This document shows, piece after piece, positions 19,494 through 29,105 of a DNA stretch of 64,000 nt (position 1 is its first letter; every line of letters begins with the position of its first letter). Source of the stretch: Bdellovibrio sp. (GTDB taxonomy: Bacteria; Bdellovibrionota; Bdellovibrionia; Bdellovibrionales; Bdellovibrionaceae). The translations under genes and the position numbers were made by a program. The stretch is taken from positions 64,001 through 128,000 of the forward strand of contig JAKFCY010000002.1 in NCBI GenBank assembly GCA_036676395.1. The letters are read 5' to 3'. The notes under the pieces were generated by a model, which made no database searches, was not told the DNA's origin, and saw only the letters and a list, made by a program, of their open reading frames with translations.

Positions 19494-19802
19494 TTAGTAG
19501 TGATGCTGCGAAGCCTTTGTTTGTAGATGGCGAGGCGCTACATTAGAACTAATTTTTTCTAACATTCTTTTAAAAAATATTTTTACTTTTTTACTAAAAG
19601 GATCGTTTTCAAACCAACCCCAATCAGCATTGTATTCAGGAGTGACTCCTCCTTCGTCTTCCCATTTTTCGAGTTGTAATTCTGTAGGTTCTGGATGCTG
19701 ACGTTGTAAAAATTTATCGAACTGTGCTTCTGGATTGGCCGGTTTAAAGTATTTTTCATCTGGCACTTGGTGTGCGGGGTGAAGAGTTTTATCGTTGCCC
19801 AT
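19494..19802 (-). CDS. Small hypothetical protein with WEDEGG motif
   Basis: 102 aa, AAGGAG SD, sigma54-like promoter. Confidence 0.65.
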   Translation of the reverse strand: MGNDKTLHPAHQVPDEKYFKPANPEAQFDKFLQRQHPEPTELQLEKWEDEGGVTPEYNADWGWFENDPFSKKVKIFFKRMLEKISSNVAPRHLQTKASQHHY

Positions 19803-19843
19803 AAATGCTCCTTAGTTTTTCTTCGCACTAACTAGAAATATAA

Positions 19844-19860
19844 TTGCAAACTTAAGGCCT
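19844..19860 (-). promoter_or_regulatory. Putative sigma54 promoter
   Basis: AGGCCTTAAGTTTGCAA. Confidence 0.65.
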
Positions 19861-19893
19861 GCGTCAGTTTGTGGAACTATGCCCTGTATCGCG

Positions 19894-19909
19894 TGGTTAT
19901 TAAATTGCA
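19894..19909 (+). promoter_or_regulatory. Putative sigma54 promoter
   Basis: TGGTTATTAAATTGCA. Confidence 0.65.
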
Positions 19910-19938
19910 GATTAAATGACAGATGCAGGAGTAAGCTT

Positions 19939-20502
19939 ATGGAAAAAAATATAAATGGCTCAAATTCAGTATTTAATATTCAAGAAATTCGTCGTCATGC
20001 AATGACATCAATGAATCAAGGTGCGGTGACTGGTGATTATCCATTAGATATAGAAAAAGCCTGCCAAATTTTAAATGAAGCTTTAGCCACCGAAATTTTA
20101 TGTGTGTTGCGATACCGCCATCATGCGATCGTAGCTAAAGGTATTAATTTTCCGCAAGTTGCGGCTGAATTTAAAAACCATGCGGCCAATGAAGACGAAC
20201 ATGTCTGGGCTTTGGCTGAACGTATTGATCAGCTGGGCGGTGATCCTGATATGAATCCTGCAACGATTGGGGCCCGATCAGCAACTGAGTACGGAAGCTC
20301 TGGCGATCTCTTAGAAATGATTCGCGAAGATTTAGTCGCCGAACGTATCGTGATTGAAGTTTATCGCCAAATGATTGATTGGTTTGGGCATAATGATCCA
20401 ACGACAAGACGATTGCTTGAAAAAATATTGGCCGACGAAGAAGAGCACGCTAATGATTTGGCCGATTTGTTAGTCACTGCAAGCCGTAAAAATTTAAATT
20501 AA
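19939..20502 (+). CDS. Ferritin-like (bacterioferritin/DPS-like) protein
   Basis: ALATE..CVLRY..H, EDEH, ERI.QLGG.P, EDLVAER, DPTTRR, DEEEHA; ATG 19939 with AGGAG SD. Confidence 0.9.
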   Translation: MEKNINGSNSVFNIQEIRRHAMTSMNQGAVTGDYPLDIEKACQILNEALATEILCVLRYRHHAIVAKGINFPQVAAEFKNHAANEDEHVWALAERIDQLGGDPDMNPATIGARSATEYGSSGDLLEMIREDLVAERIVIEVYRQMIDWFGHNDPTTRRLLEKILADEEEHANDLADLLVTASRKNLN

Positions 20503-21131
20503 TTTTTTTCTTTTGTAATATCTGGGTATTTTTCTTGGATTAAATATTTTATTCCAAGCATTATACCGTAATGACTGCCGGATTCATTTTGCTTTTCAGT
20601 GACAGATAATCCATAGCGAATATCTGAGACCACTGAATAACGATCACGCTGCCATAATTCAGTCTGTATTGAGATATCTAAACCATAATCAACCGTATCA
20701 CGAGCCGAGGTATCAATGTTTTCGCCGACAGGAAATTCACTATGTATAATTTGTGGTTGATTAAGCGGGTAAGACGATGAAAAAGCTAAAGAGGCAGACC
20801 AAAGGGGACTTATCCAATAGCGGTAGCCCATGGTGATGTGCATAAGTTCAGTTTTTTCTGCAACGGTGATGTCATTGCTTTTGCGAATATAAACTTTCTG
20901 CATGTGAAACATGGCAATTTCCAGAGCGCCAATTTCATTAATATCACCCTGAACGATCAGGCCAAGATCGCCAAAAACCGGAGCTTTGGCACCAGTGGAT
21001 GAAAAGGGATAATCAGTGCGTGAAACAAACGGGCCGAATATAGCCGTTACGTTACCTTCCTGAGGTTCGTACGCCAAACTTTCCAGGCAGAACATCAAAA
21101 ATAACAGAAATAAAACTTTTACGTTTGTCAT
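20499..21131 (-). CDS. Putative small outer-membrane beta-barrel protein
   Basis: Signal peptide, alternating beta-strands (MGYRYW, GIMLGIKY). Confidence 0.6.
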   Translation of the reverse strand: MTNVKVLFLLFLMFCLESLAYEPQEGNVTAIFGPFVSRTDYPFSSTGAKAPVFGDLGLIVQGDINEIGALEIAMFHMQKVYIRKSNDITVAEKTELMHITMGYRYWISPLWSASLAFSSSYPLNQPQIIHSEFPVGENIDTSARDTVDYGLDISIQTELWQRDRYSVVSDIRYGLSVTEKQNESGSHYGIMLGIKYLIQEKYPDITKEKN

Positions 21132-21177
21132 AAGGCAAGATTACGGTTGATGATATTAAAAGTACAATCAAAAAATT

Positions 21178-22119
21178 ATGGGGATTTTTTTGCGCAAGTT
21201 ATTCTTTCTATTGAGCTGTTTTGTCATGAGTTTGCCGGCGTACGCCGAAAAAAAACCTCAGGATGGCGAACGCTCTGAGTGGGAAGACATATTCATTCAA
21301 AGTAACAAAAATATTTCAACGTGGTTTGACGGTTTCACTGAAGGTATTGATTTATTTCTGGTCGGTAAGCGCGTCAGCAAAGAAAAAAATAAATCCAGCT
21401 TTCGCATTGATAACACCACTACAGTTACTGAGACTGAAAATTTTAATAATAATACAAGTCTTTCAATTAAACCGCGTTTGCAAAATCTTGAAGAATTTAT
21501 GCAATTAAAATTTACTTCATATGATGAAAATGAAGAAACTCGCGGGGTCGAAAGTGGTTATTTGCGTAAAACGCAGCGTAAAAAAAATTACGGGGCCACG
21601 GTTGGATTTATTCGCAAATTAGGAAAAGTTCGTACTACATTTCAACCGCGCATCACCCTGCAAGATCCGCTAAAGGTAGCCCATTCTTTAGAGTTTGAAA
21701 GTGTTGCTGAACATAAAAAGTTTCAAACAAATCCAAAATTTGAATTATTTGCAGACCCTGATAAGGGAGCAGGAACCTTTCAGGCGGTCAATTTTCATTA
21801 TGAGATTAATCCGGTGTATGCGCTAACATTTATTAATGAAGGCGAATACCAGGAAAAAATTCATAAACTGCTGGTGACTAACGGTATAATCCTTGGTCAG
21901 GAATATTCAGAGAAAACGGCTTTTTCCTATAGCTGGATTTTTAATTCACATAATCGCGAAAGATATCATTTAGATGCTCACAATGTTTCTGTAACTTGGC
22001 ATCAAAATATTTATCGCAATATTTTAGATTTTCAATTAACCCCGCATATAAATTTTGAAAAAATTTATCGCTTTAAAGGGCGAACAGGATTAATTTTCAA
22101 TATCAGCATCAATTACTAA
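21178..22119 (+). CDS. Putative outer-membrane beta-barrel protein
   Basis: Signal peptide (AYA|E), amphipathic strands, terminal FNISINY. Confidence 0.6.
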   Translation: MGIFLRKLFFLLSCFVMSLPAYAEKKPQDGERSEWEDIFIQSNKNISTWFDGFTEGIDLFLVGKRVSKEKNKSSFRIDNTTTVTETENFNNNTSLSIKPRLQNLEEFMQLKFTSYDENEETRGVESGYLRKTQRKKNYGATVGFIRKLGKVRTTFQPRITLQDPLKVAHSLEFESVAEHKKFQTNPKFELFADPDKGAGTFQAVNFHYEINPVYALTFINEGEYQEKIHKLLVTNGIILGQEYSEKTAFSYSWIFNSHNRERYHLDAHNVSVTWHQNIYRNILDFQLTPHINFEKIYRFKGRTGLIFNISINY

Positions 22120-23129
22120 AGTCGCACTAAGGCTGAAGCCCAGGTAAAACCAGCTCCAAACGCCACCATTGAAATAGTCATACCAGGTTTAAGTTTTCCG
22201 GCTCCAAAGGCATCCCACATGCCTAAAGGAATAGTCGCCGCCGTGGTGTTGCCGAATTTATGAATGGTCGTATGCACACGCTCTATCGGAATATTCATGT
22301 CTTCGCAGATTTTTTGATTGATGCGCGCATTGGCTTGATGAAAAAAGTGCATGTCGACATCTCTTAAGGCAAGACCCGTGGCGTTTAAAGATTCGTTTAA
22401 GACTTCAGGCATTTTTGTTACGGCATGACCAAACACCAAACGTCCGTTCATTTGCGGAAAGATCTGTCCGCTATCAATCATTTCATGGGTAATACGAGTT
22501 GGTCCAAATGCGCTTCCAGGAACGGGCATCCATAATTCAGAGGCCGAAGAGCCGTCAGCGTGCAATTTAGTGGTTAGCACATGTGGATCTTTAGATTCAT
22601 CTTTAACATCAGTCTGCTGTAAAATCACAGCGCCTGCGCCATCAGCGAAAATAATTGTTACCCCTTTACCGTTCGGAGATTTGTCTAAGCCTTTAGATTG
22701 CACCTCGCAACCGATCACGACAGCGCATTTGTATTGGCCGCTTGAAATGTATACATTAGCTAGTGAAATTCCATAAATAAATCCAGAACAAGCTTGGCGA
22801 ATATCAAAATATGGAATTCCGGGTAAGCCAAGTTTTGCCTGAACAAAAGCGGCACAGCCCGGAATGTCTGTATCTGGGCTCGAAGTTGCAACCACAATAA
22901 GATCAATATCTTTCACATCAATTTTGGCATTTTGGATCGCGATTTTTGCGGCTTCAACAGCTAAATCAGACGTTGATTGTTCGTCCAGAACCCAGCGGCG
23001 CTCAACAATACCTGTGCGTTGTTGAATCCATTCATCAGTGGTGTCTAACATTTTTTCAAGATCGGTATTTTTAATTACTCTTGAAGGAACATATCCACCG
23101 AAGCCGGTAATTTTTGCTGCTTTTTTCAT
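22116..23129 (-). CDS. fabH: 3-oxoacyl-ACP synthase III
   Basis: ACSGF (Cys), HQAN, GNT catalytic triad, FGAGFTW. Confidence 0.95.
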   Translation of the reverse strand: MKKAAKITGFGGYVPSRVIKNTDLEKMLDTTDEWIQQRTGIVERRWVLDEQSTSDLAVEAAKIAIQNAKIDVKDIDLIVVATSSPDTDIPGCAAFVQAKLGLPGIPYFDIRQACSGFIYGISLANVYISSGQYKCAVVIGCEVQSKGLDKSPNGKGVTIIFADGAGAVILQQTDVKDESKDPHVLTTKLHADGSSASELWMPVPGSAFGPTRITHEMIDSGQIFPQMNGRLVFGHAVTKMPEVLNESLNATGLALRDVDMHFFHQANARINQKICEDMNIPIERVHTTIHKFGNTTAATIPLGMWDAFGAGKLKPGMTISMVAFGAGFTWASALVRL

Positions 23130-23150
23130 ACTTAATTTTAACGAGAATAG

Positions 23151-24296
23151 TTAAACTTTGGCTAGCTGAAATTTTTCAAATCTATTCAACTCGTCTTCAA
23201 TGCGTTGTTTTGTCGTCACACTTTTATGTTTACCAATCCAAGTCCACTGTTGAATCAGCAATTCACGTTTTTCGCGATCAGTCTTTAAATCTATGACGGC
23301 CTTTATTTGGTTATCCACAAGAATTGGTAACGCAAAATATCCGAAAACTCGTTTAGTTTTTGGTAAATAGGCCTCAAAACGATGGGCGTAATTAAAGAAA
23401 AATTCTAAACGTTTGCGCTGAATAGTTAAGGGATCAAAGGGCGATAAAATATGCACTAAATTTGAAGGTTTTACTTTGTTTTCAAAAATTTCAGGTGTTG
23501 TGTATAAAACTGATTTTTCTTGTCCCTTTACAGCGACTTCAACCAATTGCTTTTTTTTGATTCTGTCTGCAATAAGCTTTTTAACTTCGTTTTTACGCTG
23601 TGCTTTTTCTAAGTGGCAAATGCTATCAATATTTACCAAAGCTTGCGAGCGCAAGGCGCGATCTAACATGTAATTACTGACTTCTAAGCTGGTGGCCGCT
23701 TTTGGTTTGGCCTTCCAGTTAAAATGCCGGGCTGATAATTCGTATTTTTTTAGCATGCCTAAGCGTTCGCTGATCGTCAGTTCGCCTGAGTGAAATCCCA
23801 GCTGCAAAGCTTTCTTTGAAGGTTTTTTGCTGCCCCAGGGATGTTTTTTTTCTACCAGAACTTCATCGTCAATATCACGAATAGATAGGGCGCCTTCGCG
23901 TTTGATGTTACTAAGCACTTTTTTAAATTCTTCAGGCGTCACAGTTGAAAACCATTGGCCGGGGTCGTCTTTGCGCCGTTTCATATCGCCCATAAAAAAA
24001 CGATAGTCATTGGTTGGCACATAGGCCAAAGCGTGGGTCCAATATTCGAAGATTGATTTATCAAGTGTTTGGGCGCGATGAAGGTCGGGCACTTTGTAAT
24101 TAGGGATTCGCGTGTATAAAATGTGGTGGTGACAGCGTTCGATGACGCTAATGGTATCAATTTGCACATAGCCTAAATGAGCCACGGCATTCGCGACAGC
24201 TTGCGGCCCTTTGCCAAACGGATTTGCAACGTTCAGACATTGGGCATCGAGCAATAAATCTTGGGCTTTTACCTGAGAAATAATTTGAATCATCAC
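23151..24296 (-). CDS. ycaQ: YcaQ/AlkZ-like winged-helix DNA crosslink glycosylase
   Basis: QIDTISV (QxD), EYWTH, LSPFDPL, YRFE-like HRFEAY...R.FGYF. Confidence 0.85.
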   Translation of the reverse strand: MMIQIISQVKAQDLLLDAQCLNVANPFGKGPQAVANAVAHLGYVQIDTISVIERCHHHILYTRIPNYKVPDLHRAQTLDKSIFEYWTHALAYVPTNDYRFFMGDMKRRKDDPGQWFSTVTPEEFKKVLSNIKREGALSIRDIDDEVLVEKKHPWGSKKPSKKALQLGFHSGELTISERLGMLKKYELSARHFNWKAKPKAATSLEVSNYMLDRALRSQALVNIDSICHLEKAQRKNEVKKLIADRIKKKQLVEVAVKGQEKSVLYTTPEIFENKVKPSNLVHILSPFDPLTIQRKRLEFFFNYAHRFEAYLPKTKRVFGYFALPILVDNQIKAVIDLKTDREKRELLIQQWTWIGKHKSVTTKQRIEDELNRFEKFQLAKV

Positions 24297-24319
24297 GTGT
24301 TTCTTTCTAAGATCAATTT

Positions 24320-24892
24320 ATGAATTTAGCACTTTATTTAGCGTTAACTGCGTTTCCATATACAATACCAGTTGGTTTTTTTTCTTACAAAGGTAATGTC
24401 GTCACTGAAAATCTTCGTATTGCTGAAGTAGTTGATCACACGGTGCAGGCCGGTAAAGACCGTATTGCCGAATTACGTAAAGATAAATTTACCTGTATTC
24501 GCCAAAGCCAAGTTAAAACGATTTGTTCGAAAAACACAGGGCCTGTTGAAACACCTGAAGAATTTAAGCAAGCGGTCGCTAAAAAATTGCAAAATTTTAC
24601 TTTCGATTTTTCTAAACCTGAAAATGAACCACAAAGTTACCAAGACATTTCACAATCGCACACTTATAATGTTTTTGCGCCAGTACGTTTAGGTGGAAAA
24701 ACAATTTCAATGTATCAATTCGTGCATTACTACGAAACGGGAAAACAAGTTTTAGCTTTTCCAGTCAGTGAAGACCAGCCCATCGGTAATTTAGTTTGGG
24801 TCAACAATGAGTTAGGATTAACTTTAGTGGTTAGTCAAAAAGTCGGCGTGCAGACTTACGGATATATTTTAAAAGCTTATTACAGCAACTAA
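24320..24892 (+). CDS. Hypothetical exported protein
   Basis: 190-aa ORF, hydrophobic N-terminus, operonic with ychJ. Confidence 0.6.
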   Translation: MNLALYLALTAFPYTIPVGFFSYKGNVVTENLRIAEVVDHTVQAGKDRIAELRKDKFTCIRQSQVKTICSKNTGPVETPEEFKQAVAKKLQNFTFDFSKPENEPQSYQDISQSHTYNVFAPVRLGGKTISMYQFVHYYETGKQVLAFPVSEDQPIGNLVWVNNELGLTLVVSQKVGVQTYGYILKAYYSN

Positions 24893-24905
24893 GACGGAGA
24901 ATTTT

Positions 24906-25439
24906 ATGAAATGTTACTGCCAATCAAACCTTGAATTTAGTGAATGCTGTGAGCCCTATTTAAAAGGCGAAAAATTGGCTCCTACCGCTGAAAAATTAAT
25001 GCGTTCTCGTTATTCAGCTTACGCGACAGCTAATATTGATTATTTGAAAAAAACTTTGGCTCCTGAATCGCGCAGTGATTTTGATTCTGCGACGACAAAA
25101 AAATGGGCGCAAAGTGCGAAATGGAAAGGCCTTAAAATCATGTCTGTCGATAAAGGTACAGAAAATGATGTTAAAGGCACTGTTGAATTTACAGCAACTT
25201 ACGAACAAGACGGTGAAGGTTTAGACCATCACGAAGTTTCAACATTTCGTAAGTCTGATACTGGTGAATGGTACTTTATTGATGGTGATGCGCACACTCA
25301 TCGTGAAGGTGAAGACCATCATCACGCTAAGCCACAAACTGTGGTGCGTGAAGAAGCTAAAGTGGGGCGTAATGAACCATGCCCTTGTGGGAGTGGTAAA
25401 AAATATAAAAAATGCCACGGCAGTTTAGAAGCTGAATAG
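24906..25439 (+). CDS. ychJ: YchJ family protein with SEC-C motif
   Basis: CYC.S...[43 protein letters not shown]. Confidence 0.92.
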   Translation: MKCYCQSNLEFSECCEPYLKGEKLAPTAEKLMRSRYSAYATANIDYLKKTLAPESRSDFDSATTKKWAQSAKWKGLKIMSVDKGTENDVKGTVEFTATYEQDGEGLDHHEVSTFRKSDTGEWYFIDGDAHTHREGEDHHHAKPQTVVREEAKVGRNEPCPCGSGKKYKKCHGSLEAE

Positions 25440-25446
25440 ATTTAAA

Positions 25447-25875
25447 ATGGCGCAGCAGATAGTAGTTATCCAAAGTCAGAGTGAATTAGAGCAGGTTTAC
25501 CCGCTCATGAAAGAGCTGCGCCCTCATATCACTTTGCAAAATTTTTTAGATATTTATCAGCAATCTCATAAAACGACGGGCTATGAAATTGCAGCGTTAA
25601 AACAAGATAACCAGATCCTGGCGATTATGGGTTACCGCATATTATATGATTATGTGCATGGTAAACATTGTTATATTGATGATTTGGTTTCGTCAGAACA
25701 ACAACGGTCAAAAGGTTACGGGGCAGAACTATTAAAGTACGCTGAAAAATTTGCTCAAGCTAATGGCTGTACTGGTTTGCGTTTATGTACGGGTATTGAA
25801 AATGAGCGTGGAAAAAAGTTCTACGAAAAAAATGGCTGGAATTTGCGGGCTATTGTTTACAAAAAGAAAGTCTGA
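25447..25875 (+). CDS. GNAT N-acetyltransferase
   Basis: YIDDLV...RSKGYG, FYEK.G. Confidence 0.9.
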   Translation: MAQQIVVIQSQSELEQVYPLMKELRPHITLQNFLDIYQQSHKTTGYEIAALKQDNQILAIMGYRILYDYVHGKHCYIDDLVSSEQQRSKGYGAELLKYAEKFAQANGCTGLRLCTGIENERGKKFYEKNGWNLRAIVYKKKV

Positions 25876-25903
25876 CAATAGCTAAAAGGACTCTGAATTC
25901 CTT

Positions 25904-26926
25904 ATGGTGTATTTTTCTATTTACGAATATTGGTGGTTTTATTTAGGCTTTATCGCCTTTGTCGCTTTCGTGCTATCACTTGATCTTGGAATTTTTCATA
26001 AAAAAGCTCATGTAGTTTCAGTAAAAGAAGCCGCGGCATGGACTGGCGTGTGGGTTAGTTGCGCCATCGTATTTAATATTCTTTTTTACTATTATTGCCA
26101 TTACGTACTTTCGCAGCGGGCTTCGTTGATGCAGTTGCCAGGGTTTGATCCAGAGCTGACGGCAAAAAATCTGGCCATGGAATTTACAACAGGCTTTTTA
26201 ATCGAGAAAGCTCTGGCTATTGATAATATATTTATATTTGCGGTGGTTTTTTCTTATTTCGGTATTCCAAGAATATATCAGCACCGCGTTTTATTTTGGG
26301 GAATCTTCGGCGCACTTATTTTTCGAGGTATATTTATCGCCATTGGTGCTGAATTAATGCAATACCAAAATGTCGTTATCTTTTTTGGTATTCTGCTTAT
26401 TGCTACCGGTATTCGTATGGTTGTCATACGCGAAAAAGAGCCCGATCTGAGTAAAAACTTTTTTTTGCGTCAAATGAATCGCTTTCTAAATATCGATCAT
26501 CAGTTATCCGGCGATCATTTTTTTATTAAAAAAGATCGCAAATGGTTTGTAACCCCATTATTTGTCGCTTTAGTTTCGATTGAGTTATCAGATATTATTT
26601 TTGCCATTGATTCTGTACCAGCCATTTTTGCGATTACTAAAGAGCCACTGATTGTATTTACCAGTAATGTATTTGCGATTTTAGGTTTACGTTCGATGTA
26701 TTTTTTATTATCCGGGGCAATTGATAAATTTAAATATATCAAATATGGATTAGCCGGTGTCCTGGTTTTTGTCGGTTTGAAAATGACCGTGCTAAATAAT
26801 TATTATAAAGGGCATTTTCCAGTCTGGTTGTCTCTGGTAATAATTGTTTTAATTTTAACAATATCAATTATTGCTTCACTGGTCCTCGACAAAAAACCAA
26901 TTACTTCGACTAAGGTCTTACGCTAA
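25904..26926 (+). CDS. TerC/Alx family metal (Mn) homeostasis membrane protein
   Basis: IEKALAIDNIF, QHRVLFWGI, DIIFAIDSVPA, SNVFAILGLR. Confidence 0.93.
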   Translation: MVYFSIYEYWWFYLGFIAFVAFVLSLDLGIFHKKAHVVSVKEAAAWTGVWVSCAIVFNILFYYYCHYVLSQRASLMQLPGFDPELTAKNLAMEFTTGFLIEKALAIDNIFIFAVVFSYFGIPRIYQHRVLFWGIFGALIFRGIFIAIGAELMQYQNVVIFFGILLIATGIRMVVIREKEPDLSKNFFLRQMNRFLNIDHQLSGDHFFIKKDRKWFVTPLFVALVSIELSDIIFAIDSVPAIFAITKEPLIVFTSNVFAILGLRSMYFLLSGAIDKFKYIKYGLAGVLVFVGLKMTVLNNYYKGHFPVWLSLVIIVLILTISIIASLVLDKKPITSTKVLR

Positions 26927-27008
26927 ATAGCCAGAACATCTTGGATTTTGAATATCATTTTGATAGTCAAACTGACTCCCTATAGATTGAGAAAATGGGG
27001 ATTCTTAT

Positions 27009-28406
27009 ATGAAATCATTACTGACTTTAGGTTTGCTTGTTTTTTCTCAATCTGTTTTTGCCGGAAATTCTTTAAGCACAAAAATTCACAATCAATATGT
27101 CTCATTGCGTGCATTGGGGATGGGTAATGCTTTCACAGCCGTAGCCGATGATTATACTTTAATTATGTATAATCCAGCGGGCTTTGCGAAAAAGAAAAAT
27201 AACGAAATTCAATTCACGCTTTTGGGTGCTGGTGGCGCAAAAGAAACTATGGATTTTGCTAAAGATGTACAAGATGCCAGTGATACAGAAGGTTCAGACA
27301 CTGACAAAGCGAACGCTATTTCTACAGTTATTGATAAATACGCCGGCGACACGATGGGTGGCCGCTTTCAGGCTGCAGAAATGTTTTGGATCAGAAAACA
27401 CTGGGGTTTTGCTTTAATTCCGGTAGATCTTTCATTGGATGTCACTGTTGATAAACAACTTGGCCCAACAGTCGATTTAAATGTTATCAAAGATTCAACT
27501 TTAGCCATCGGTGGTGGTGGTGAAGTGAATAAAGAATTATCTTGGGGTTTAACTTTAAAAGGAATTCATCGTTTGCAAGTATCAGAAAAACTAGTGGCCT
27601 TACAGTTAGCGACAGAGCCTGATCTAGTTAGTGCAGATCGCGCAACAGAAGGTTTTGCATTAGATGCTGATGTCGGCTTTTTATATTCTCCGTCTTGGTT
27701 TAGTAAATCAGTAACAAAACGAGTTCCGGCACAAGCCTCTGCCACGGTAAAAGTTAAAAAAGCTAAGGCTCGTATAGAAGAAGCTAAAGTTCCAGAAACA
27801 GTAGGTGCTGATGGGTTAAGTTTAACCATTGATGGTGCTTCTGAAACAGTAAAAGTTGCGACTGAAACTGCTTCAGGTACTGTTGAAACAGTTTCGGGCA
27901 CGGCTGAAGTAAAAGAAGAACCAAAAGAAGACAAAAAAGAATCAAAAATGGTCGATGTTGTGGAAGAAACTTATCCACTTACTTTTTCATTCGTAGCCAG
28001 AAACGTTTTAGCATCAAACTTCGCAAAGCAAAAATTAATTAATAAAGATGCTACTGAGGCTCCAGAAAAATTAGAGCGCGTATTTGATATTGGTTCACAA
28101 TATGAATTCGCAACGTTTGGAAGTTTAACTTTACGTGCGATGCTTGATTTCAAAAATTTAAATCACCCGCAAGCTACAACAACAGCCAAAACCACACACG
28201 CTGGGTTAGAATTTGATTATTCACCAAGTGGCTGGTTTAAGGCGCAGTTCCGCGGTGGTATGAACCAAGGTTACTACACAGCGGGAACTACATTGCTTTT
28301 AGGATTTTTCAATATTGAAGCTGCGACGTATGGAGAAGAAGTCGGAACGGCTTCTAACAAGGTTGAAAACCGCATCTACGCCGCTAAGTTCGGAATGAAT
28401 TTTTAA
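27009..28406 (+). CDS. TraF/FadL-like outer-membrane beta-barrel protein
   Basis: RALGMGNAFTAVADD...YNPAG plug motif, RGGMNQGY, terminal Phe. Confidence 0.75.
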   Translation: MKSLLTLGLLVFSQSVFAGNSLSTKIHNQYVSLRALGMGNAFTAVADDYTLIMYNPAGFAKKKNNEIQFTLLGAGGAKETMDFAKDVQDASDTEGSDTDKANAISTVIDKYAGDTMGGRFQAAEMFWIRKHWGFALIPVDLSLDVTVDKQLGPTVDLNVIKDSTLAIGGGGEVNKELSWGLTLKGIHRLQVSEKLVALQLATEPDLVSADRATEGFALDADVGFLYSPSWFSKSVTKRVPAQASATVKVKKAKARIEEAKVPETVGADGLSLTIDGASETVKVATETASGTVETVSGTAEVKEEPKEDKKESKMVDVVEETYPLTFSFVARNVLASNFAKQKLINKDATEAPEKLERVFDIGSQYEFATFGSLTLRAMLDFKNLNHPQATTTAKTTHAGLEFDYSPSGWFKAQFRGGMNQGYYTAGTTLLLGFFNIEAATYGEEVGTASNKVENRIYAAKFGMNF

Positions 28407-29098
28407 TTAGGACAAGGTAAGCCGGGCCATGCAGCGGCACCTAATTTATATTTTAAACAAGTACCTACGTCCGCTGCTGAGTTTTCAGCTAAGGCTTCGC
28501 CTAATTCACCACAGAATTCTTGCAAAGCTTCGCCGCTGCCACTTTGGCCGGAACAGCTGCTTGTGTAAGTCGTTTGAACTAAATCGCCTAATACAGCTGC
28601 TGGAATTGAAGATACTGCAGTTGAAAAGTCAGCCGGAGTTACTGCTGATGGATCAATAGCTTTAGCTAATGTTGAAATCTGAACTAATGAACTTAACTGA
28701 GAATAAACAGCAATACCTGAGTCATTACAAACTTCAAAAGCTGCTGCTGATTGCACAGAATTGGAAAAGCTTAATTCAGAAATCATATTCATTGAGCTAG
28801 TGCCGCCTCCACTTTCAGCAGCTTCAATAGCGTCAATTAAAGCTGTCGGTGATCCAAATCCTTCTTCGATAAAGTAAGCGGCACACTTTAACTGCGATGC
28901 TTGTTCTGTATTAATAGCTGATAATTTTGAAACGCAACTCTGCGCCGTGGCTGTTGTCGCCGTATTTAAACACATCTGCGCATCTTTAATGGTGTCTAAT
29001 TCACTCTCTTTGGTACAAGAAGTAAATGTTATAACAGTCATTAATGCAGTTACAGAAATAAGTATCGAAGTTTTTGTTGCAGTAGTTTTCATATTCAT
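28403..29098 (-). CDS. Hypothetical helical lipoprotein
   Basis: Lipobox FTSC, paired Cys; ATG 29098 with AAGGA SD. Confidence 0.7.
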   Translation of the reverse strand: MNMKTTATKTSILISVTALMTVITFTSCTKESELDTIKDAQMCLNTATTATAQSCVSKLSAINTEQASQLKCAAYFIEEGFGSPTALIDAIEAAESGGGTSSMNMISELSFSNSVQSAAAFEVCNDSGIAVYSQLSSLVQISTLAKAIDPSAVTPADFSTAVSSIPAAVLGDLVQTTYTSSCSGQSGSGEALQEFCGELGEALAENSAADVGTCLKYKLGAAAWPGLPCPN

Positions 29099-29105
29099 TG
29101 TCCTT

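Noticed and set aside
19583..19828. 81-aa ORF overlapping 19494-19802
   Set aside because: The other frame has the SD and the WEDEGG motif
25876..25903. Possible yybP-ykoY Mn riboswitch before the TerC gene
   Set aside because: The gap is only 28 bp and no consensus is visible
27009..28406. TraF-like gene as sign of a conjugative element
   Set aside because: No relaxase, T4SS or integrase genes nearby
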